Source: Pelomyxa schiedti (Eukaryota > Protista > Evosea). From it: a stretch of 47,104 nucleotides of DNA. The stretch is taken from contig JAHLWZ010000922.1 in the NCBI GenBank assembly GCA_020536535.1, positions 1 through 47,104 of the forward strand, read 5' to 3'. Made by a program: the position numbers and the translations under genes. Shown here piece after piece: positions 39,564 through 47,104 of the stretch (position 1 is the stretch's first letter; every line of letters starts with the position of its first letter). The notes under the pieces are model-generated. The model did not search any database. It was not told the DNA's origin and was given only the letters and a program-made list of their open reading frames with translations.

Positions 39564-42500
39564 ATGTTGTCGTCATCTTCATCTTCGTCACAGGGGAGAT
39601 CTTGCAGATTCCGTCCGTCGGGAGGATCGTCGTCGGCAGGCGACGAGGCGATACGCGTCGCGGCGGCGTCGGTGGAATTGATGGTGAGTGGCGCGGGAAG
39701 ATTCACGCTCACGACGGTGACGTTGGTGGCGCAGAACGTCACATCGAGCGAATTGGAGGCTGAACTTGGTTAGTGTTCTTCGTTTGCTTTGTTTTTTTTT
39801 TTTTTTTTGTTTTTTTTCTTTAACCGCTGGATTTTTTCCGTGACATTTTTAATTCCAGAATTTCCCATTGAGGACAGTATGGCCTTCTCTCATTCTACAG
39901 TTGCTGGTGTTGTATTTTGAAGTTCATCTTGTGTAAATAGATTCCACCGTTTGTAGTTATGCTGTAGATATTGGGGACAGAATGGTGTCTGCTGTTGTTT
40001 GTGGCAAGCAGGAAGCCAGGCGTGCATTTGAACAAGAAATTTTTGAACAAAAAATCGTGCACACAACAAGGACCAACCAAGTCACTACAACAACGCAAGC
40101 CACCATTCTTGAAAAAGTCCAGGGCAACTATTTTCGAGTATTTGAGCCCCCCTTGATCATGGGTTTCCTAATGGTCTCTGTAGACAAGAATATATCCAAT
40201 CCACCCTTTGGGAAGGCGTGTTGTTCAGGTACAGGCCTGTGACTATAAAACACTATCATTGTAATCTTTATTTTTTCTCCCATACAGGTTGTGTATCTCA
40301 CCGAGGTTGATACATGTGCTTTTCAAGCACACTTCAGTTTACACATTCCAACTGTCGTATCCACTTGCAGTTTTTCTGCTCAAGTATTAAAACCAGTGTT
40401 CCATATTGGAGAATTGGAGGCGCCCCTATTAGTCTGTACAGGTTCTAAACTGGATTCTCTAAGAGCAGGTTTCAAATTATTGTCACTGTGGATTTGCCAA
40501 AAATCTCAAAATATGTTCAGAACTAAAAGATTCAGGGATGCACTGGTCATCCAATTTCACCCAAAACGAAGTGACACCAGATTGGGAAATATCAGTGCTG
40601 TACCCAAAGCAGGAGTTAATATATTCCACTGAAAAGGACACCAATGGGAATAGTTTTTTCTGTCTGTCCGTGATTCCTCCACAAGTGCCTACATTCTCTA
40701 GCTCTGAAGAAGGTTGCCCATTTCTAGTAGTCAATTGTCTCTCACTTGTTTCAAGCGTCAATGAAACGAATTGGGCTATGGTGGGATTGCTCCTTATCAC
40801 AGTGCCATGATGTGCGCAGCCCACTTGGCACCAATAAGTGTTCCCTCTTGATATCGCTTGTCAAGCAAATGTGCCCTGTAGTGGTTGATGTATTCACATT
40901 CAGCAATGTTATGAATGAATATGCTACCGTGACTGTTTTAAGACCCTCTGATACAATGCATGTCACCCAAGTATTGGACAGTATAGAATACGACGGAGCC
41001 ACCAATTTTGGATGTTTGAATTTTCAACGGGCTAACAGTGCTTCTAAATATACCCTGCATGTTGTTGAGAGTGACGGCTTAGGCTCTCTTCATGGGTAGT
41101 ATAAATTTTCCATGTGGAAAATTAAATCTCACTCCCTTCCAAGACTGGACACAAGTCCTCATATTTCTCGTGATGTTCCCATTTTCACTATTGGGTGCCC
41201 AACTGTGACGGGCTTGGTTAATCATGATACCATGAAGAGGATTTCTCTGCCCAGTGGGGGTTCACACTTCAGTCTCTCGCCTACTAGTGATACAACTTCT
41301 ATTGCCCGACAGATCACATCACCATCAAAGTTTTGTCTCAGCAGAATCATTTACGAACCTTCTCACATGGCTGATGTTGTGCCATGTGCGCCTTATGTGA
41401 TTCCTTCTGGTACTGCAAGAGCAATTACACTCACTGGCAGGCTATTAACTGAGGGTGAAATAAACATAACATTGGAGTGGGGGTATCCACAAAAACCTTG
41501 CACAAGCAGAAACACATACAGACTACCAAATTCTTTTGAAGCACCAGTTTCTGCACTTTTGTGCAAGTATACTCAGAGTAAAATTTGATAAAAATATAAT
41601 GATATTATCACAAGGTTCTGGGCTAAAAAGACTATTGAAGGCCTTTATCTGGAGAATACAGAAAATTCACGAAGACGAATTGTAGAGCTGTGTTCAAACT
41701 TTGGATTTGTTTCAGACAATACCTCCCTTATATTGCTTGGTTTAAAAAAAAATTTGATACCTCTCTATCTGCCTGACAGTAGTTGTTTTAGAGTCCCTGG
41801 AACAGTACCTGAAATATAAAATCAAACCACCACCCAGTCTCCCAGAAGTTCTATCACAATGTACTTTTCATACAAAGTTTATTTCTTACTCTGCATCAGA
41901 CAACCTCAAAATGTTGGAATTTGAAGCAGAGAAGTCTAAAAAGGAAATGGAAAAGAAGGCATATGTTAATTCCCTCTGGAAAAAAAGGTCTGGTTGGTGG
42001 AAGTGCAGTTACTCTGGGTCCATGTAGGTACCCTGAAAACCTGACTAAGCTTATACTTACTTTAGCTGGCAATCCAACATACTTCATCAGTATCTTCCAA
42101 AGCCTGGCAGTGTCTGGGTGGATGAAGAATTGGTCGGCTTCATTCCTGGAAAAGAGTGCGAAGAAGCTGCTGGAGTAGTATCATTATTACTTTCTCGCTT
42201 TGACAGGTAAGAACAATAACCATTTACCTCAGCTCATCAAACAGTAGTAAAAGCCTGCTGTCTGATGTAAAATCGTCCACCACTACAGTGTCTTCTGCCA
42301 TCACTTCATTGCTTGAAAACATCCCAAAGATTAAACTTCAAATGGAGAACCCAGTGACTGGCTCGATGTCTGCTGCACTGAATGACACACTATCTGCAAC
42401 AGAAGAAGTGGTACCTCACTTCACTTCCTCCAAAACATTGCCACTTTCTCTAGATGGGTTATGCTCTCACACACAAAGTATGCCTGCCTAATATCCGGGA

Positions 42501-45500
42501 GATGCTTAAGCACTTGCATCAGTTTCTTATCACTGGACAGTGCGCCGGTAATATCTATAAACCTTTGTACATACCCACATCTTGAAATACAGTGGATAGA
42601 ACAAGAGATACTCCCCGTGACTCTGACCTCCTCTCTTCAATCGAAGAGGTACAAGTTGAATTGGAACTAGCCTTACAAAGAAGAGCCTCTGAAATCCTTA
42701 GAGAAGATAGTGTCTTAGGAATAAGTTTTGGAAGAAGTTATATTGCCGCATGTGGTATAAGACAGAAGGGAACCCAAGTTGTATGCTCCTGCTTTTTTTT
42801 TTTTTTTTTTTGTTTTTTGTTTGTTGTTTTAAAGGAAAAAGGTTACATTTCCTGATGGGTTTGAGACTCTACCAACAGTCATTTCTTTCATGGATGATGG
42901 CATTTCATTTGGTGAAATTGCTATGAAGGGGAGGCACGATAACCCCTCAAATACTGTAGACCATATTCGTGACTTCCTTGCCAAAGAGTAAACCAATGAT
43001 TTCTACATCGCAAAATAAGAGTTCCTAGAGGGTCGGATGATATTCACTCATTTCCATTTGACGTAACAGAAAAGGATGGGAACCCTGTTATATCTGTATC
43101 TGTGCGGCATGAGAGGATGACTTATCTTCCCTTGGATGTAAGTTGCCCTCCTATCATCCAAATGTGGCACCTATGGTCCTTCAGCCCAAAAAAAGTTTGG
43201 GAACTTGATGGAATTCAGGGGTTGCCCATTTATCTGTTCGTAGTACTGTCATTAAGCCATGTTCTCAGATTGCAGTGAAGCTGTTATCTCATGTTAAAAC
43301 CTCAGCGGAAAACTTTTTGTCTTGCAACGTCAAATCAAGTGTTCTTACTGTGCCTCGTATGCTGTGACACATTTTCCGACTGTTTGTTTCACTCACATTT
43401 TGTTGTCAGCATATTTTGATGATGCCCAGAGGAGAGCTTTAAAAGATGCTGGAACCTTGGCTGGATTGAATGTGCTGCGAATAATAAACGAACCTACTGC
43501 AGCTACAGTTGCATATAATCTTGGCAGCCTTCCTGGGACTACCAAAGTGCTTGTAGTTGACTGTGGGGCTACCACCACCTCAGTCACAGTTATAGTCGTT
43601 GAGGTTGTTTCTTTCAGTTTTCTTCTTTCTTACTCCTGCCAGGATGGGACATTTGAAGTAATTGGGTGGGCAAGATCTGATGTGGGCGGTTGCGATTTTG
43701 ATAAGTGTCTTGTGACGGACTGTTTGAACTACCTGTTACGGACTGAAGGCATGGACCTGTCTTCCAACAGTGAGGCAGTTCACAAGTTGACTCTTGCTTG
43801 CATTGAAGCTAAGCATGCTCTGTCATCAAGAACAAACGTATCTCAATTTTTGCAATATCTCTGATTGACCCATTGTTTCTAGACCCAAGTTTATATTGAA
43901 GGCCTTGTATCGTACAGTGATTTTAATCGTGAAATATCACGTCCATATTTTGAACACTTGTGTGCTCCATTATTTTCGAGACTACTTGAGTGAGTGGCAA
44001 GAGAATTTTTTTTTTTTTTAACTACCTGGCAGAACAATGAAGAACTCGTTAAAGGAGTCAAAAACTGAGGCTGCAGAAATTGGACATGCTGTTTTTGTGG
44101 GAGGATCCACATTGATGCCCAAGCTTGTTAATATTGTTGAGGCATGTTATTCCCTTTTTCTCCACCCCAAATAAACGTTTTCTCTCACAGACTTTTGTTC
44201 CAAAAGCGAAGCTACATAACTCTCTTAATCCTGCGCACGCAGTAGCCACCGGTGCCTGTATGCAAGCTTGTATCCTCACGGGGCACGGTCGTTCTTCTTC
44301 AAGTGGAGTCCAAGATCTGTTATTATTAGACGTCACACCATTATCGCTTGGTATAGCATGTTCTACCACCAGCTGTATTGGTAACCTGTTCTCATTCCAT
44401 CCTGTTGCATTCTTATGTGCTTTCCAGGGGCGGACTCAAACAATAGAATGGCAGTTTTAGTCCCAAGGAATACCACTATTCCAACCAAGAAATCTGCCTA
44501 TTTTCCTATCCCCCAGAATTTAGGGCAGATTAAAATCGAGGTAATTCGATATCTTGAATGGGAGGTTGTTGGTAAAACAATTTACCAGGTCTATGAAGGT
44601 GAAAGAGCAGATGTTCGCAACAACAACCGTCTGGGTGCCTTCTTTGTTGATTGTGGACATGTTGGAGGCCAAGTTGAAGTAACTTTCGATATCGATGCCA
44701 ATGGAATTCTAGTTGTAAGTGCTGTAAATCCTAGTGTTGCCAGGCGTTGTCAGATTACTATAACAAATGATAAGGGAAGGTCAGCCTCTTTCTTACTTTT
44801 TTTCTCCTAAAATGCTTCAGGTTGAGCAAAGAAGATATTGAAAGAATGGTTGCCGAGGCTGATAACTATTCGAGTTCAACTCCAAAAACCTTTTCGGCTC
44901 CGGGTACTAGGGCTCATACCCCTGTTCCTGCCGCTGCACCTGCTCCGGCTCCTAGGGCCTACTGTGGAGCTGCATCGCCCAAAATTCCGTGCAGAAAGAA
45001 GGTCCAAAAAAAAGGTGCATCTGTTGAAAAAGAGGTCCTGGAAGAAGAGGAAGGAGAAGTACCACCCCAGCAGACCCTAGGATCAGAAGACTTTCCTGCA
45101 CTATACATGGATGATGAGGAACAGAAGGATACAAGTTCATTTTCCCCCGGATTTGAACCACAATTACCCACACTAATTGCGATGGTAAATGAAAGTTCCT
45201 TTCTATACTCGTTAATAAGATTCAAGTTACAACAAAACTGTGACACAATCCCCACCACCGCCTTGGATAATCTCATGGCAATCATGGGGAAGAAGTTTAG
45301 TCCCCTGGAAATTGTTGTCCCATTCCTTTTTTTTTTTTTGACTTATCACCTTCCAGGGGAGCATTGTGTCAAAAGGAAATACCATTTCTCTCGAGGCACT
45401 GGGACAACTACTCAATCCCATACGACCACACCCTAAGCCATGCTTCAGACCATCAAAGGAAAACAGCATCTACCTTCCTCCTGCAACTGCGGGAGTGAAT

Positions 45501-46969
45501 GTTATAGTTTACCAACCACAGATACTAGGGCCTTGGTCGTATTCACTCTTCTGCTCTCCCTGTCCTTATCAGGTAGATTTGATTTACACTTCAAAACATG
45601 TGGTGTTTCTCACTGTGAGCAATGTAGACATATCTGATAATGAGAAATGATTATTCCCATGACCCTGTTTTCTTTTTTGAGTGCAGTAGCTTCTTCCAAG
45701 CGTTTCCCTCACTGGAGATGCAACAAATAGCCATCACGGTTATTTCCAACCTTGCTGAAGTATGTGTTTTGATATAATCCGAAAAAAATCTGACCTCAGC
45801 AGTTAGAGCTGGAATCTATTGAAGCAGTGCGATTGGTTGGGTATATGCTAGATTATTACGGGATGACAGAGCAAGCAGTAGAATTGTTTAAATATGCCCT
45901 TGACCTGAAACCGGAAGGTAAAGAATTTTCATTCAAGAAACCAAACATAATTTTCTCATTCCCACAAGAACCTCAATCACACCGAGACTATGCACTGGCC
46001 GTTGCTCAGAGGGGCAGGCCAGGGGATTATACGCGAGCTGTTGAAGAACTTTCCAGGGTTCTACTGGGTGATTGGAACATTAGATTCACACAAATTGAAG
46101 CTACTGCGTTAATGGTAGTAGCTGTAGGATTCATTGGCTTTGAGTAACTCTTTTTAGGAGTTAGGAAGAATAACACAGCTGGCTGAGGCGGTGGGGGAGA
46201 GAGTGGATTCAAGTGCAATCCCATTGGAATTTTGTGCCCTACCCATTAAAATGAGGGTTGTTCTCACATGGGCAACGGACTTGTCTGACCTTGAGCTTTG
46301 GGTAGAAGATGTATGCACCTCTACCCAATCCTACTTGTATTCCATCCACCACACAACAACAAAAAAAGCCATCTGGAGAAATCTGCTACCCAATGCACAA
46401 CCTTACACGACAAGGTGGGCTGCTCTCCAAGGATTTTACTCATGGCTATGGTTACCTTTCCTTTAGTTGCACTTTTCCTTAACTTATCATATAAAGGTCC
46501 CCAAGAGTTTTTGTTGCGTGAAGCGAAACTCGGGATATACAAAATCAAAGGTTTTCTTCATTCACATTACCCTCTCATTTACAAATTTGTCACAGTGAGG
46601 CACTTCTCATCATACCCGGGGCACAAGACTACTGCCGCATTTGTTCACATTTTCACCAACTTCTGTTCCCAGCGGCCCAATGAAAAGGAGCAACACCACA
46701 AGGCAGCCGTCTGGCTAGGCTGTGAGCAATCAACCACCAACAAGCCATTTACTGTGGATGTCGCAACAGTGAGGTTTGGTGACAGCACCAAAGAAATACA
46801 TGCAGAGGAAGTTAGGCTGCAGTATGAAGCACACAAGGAAAGGTCCACTTTGCTGAAACCACTCACGAATCCTATTCCAGCCAACAACAATACACCACCC
46901 CCAGCACAACGACCCACAACCGATCCGGACTATGAGGAAGTCGATCTCCCGTATGACGAAGTTGATTGA
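39564..46969 (+). CDS. Multidomain protein: VIT - vWA-like - helical - Hsp70 (NBD+SBDbeta) - TPR - DUF2135/YfaP-like
   Basis: VIT: ELEAEL|[32 protein letters not shown]. vWA-like: [39 protein letters not shown]. Hsp70: [87 protein letters not shown]2135: [55 protein letters not shown]. Confidence 0.8.
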
Positions 46970-47104
46970 GCTAAAACAAAAAGTATTGGAACAAAGTCTA
47001 GTTTTTGGGGTACGACTTCGGTGGAGACCCAATAAATCGAGTTTTCCCCAGATAACTCGAGTTATTTCTGCATGAATTCGTTTTCCACATCGAGTTTACC
47101 CCTG

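Overview
Gene-dense, intron-rich eukaryotic (protist) DNA. Introns are mostly about 40-60 nt, with degenerate GT donors and some probable GC donors. Gene families and style suggest an anaerobic archamoeba such as Pelomyxa; this is an inference, not verified. Recognisable spliced genes: a DUSP-type ubiquitin-specific protease, a DH-PH RhoGEF with a C-terminal zinc ribbon, CDKAL1, a CUE-domain protein, WASHC2/FAM21, a GH3-family acyl-amido synthetase, an ankyrin-like protein (frameshifted), phosphoketolase, and a head-to-head pair of paralogues sharing an RRM-like module. Two things stand out. (1) A ~1.25-1.45 kb non-coding element occurs twice (8050-9296 and 34285-35721). Each copy carries four ~68-nt structured repeats with a compensatory base change and reshuffled spacers, followed by a ~145-nt long-stem core that is essentially invariant between copies. 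(2) A single ~7.4 kb gene appears to have a degenerate, lid-less Hsp70 inserted inside a bacterial-type VIT-vWA-TPR-DUF2135 protein. All exon boundaries were read by eye and are approximate.
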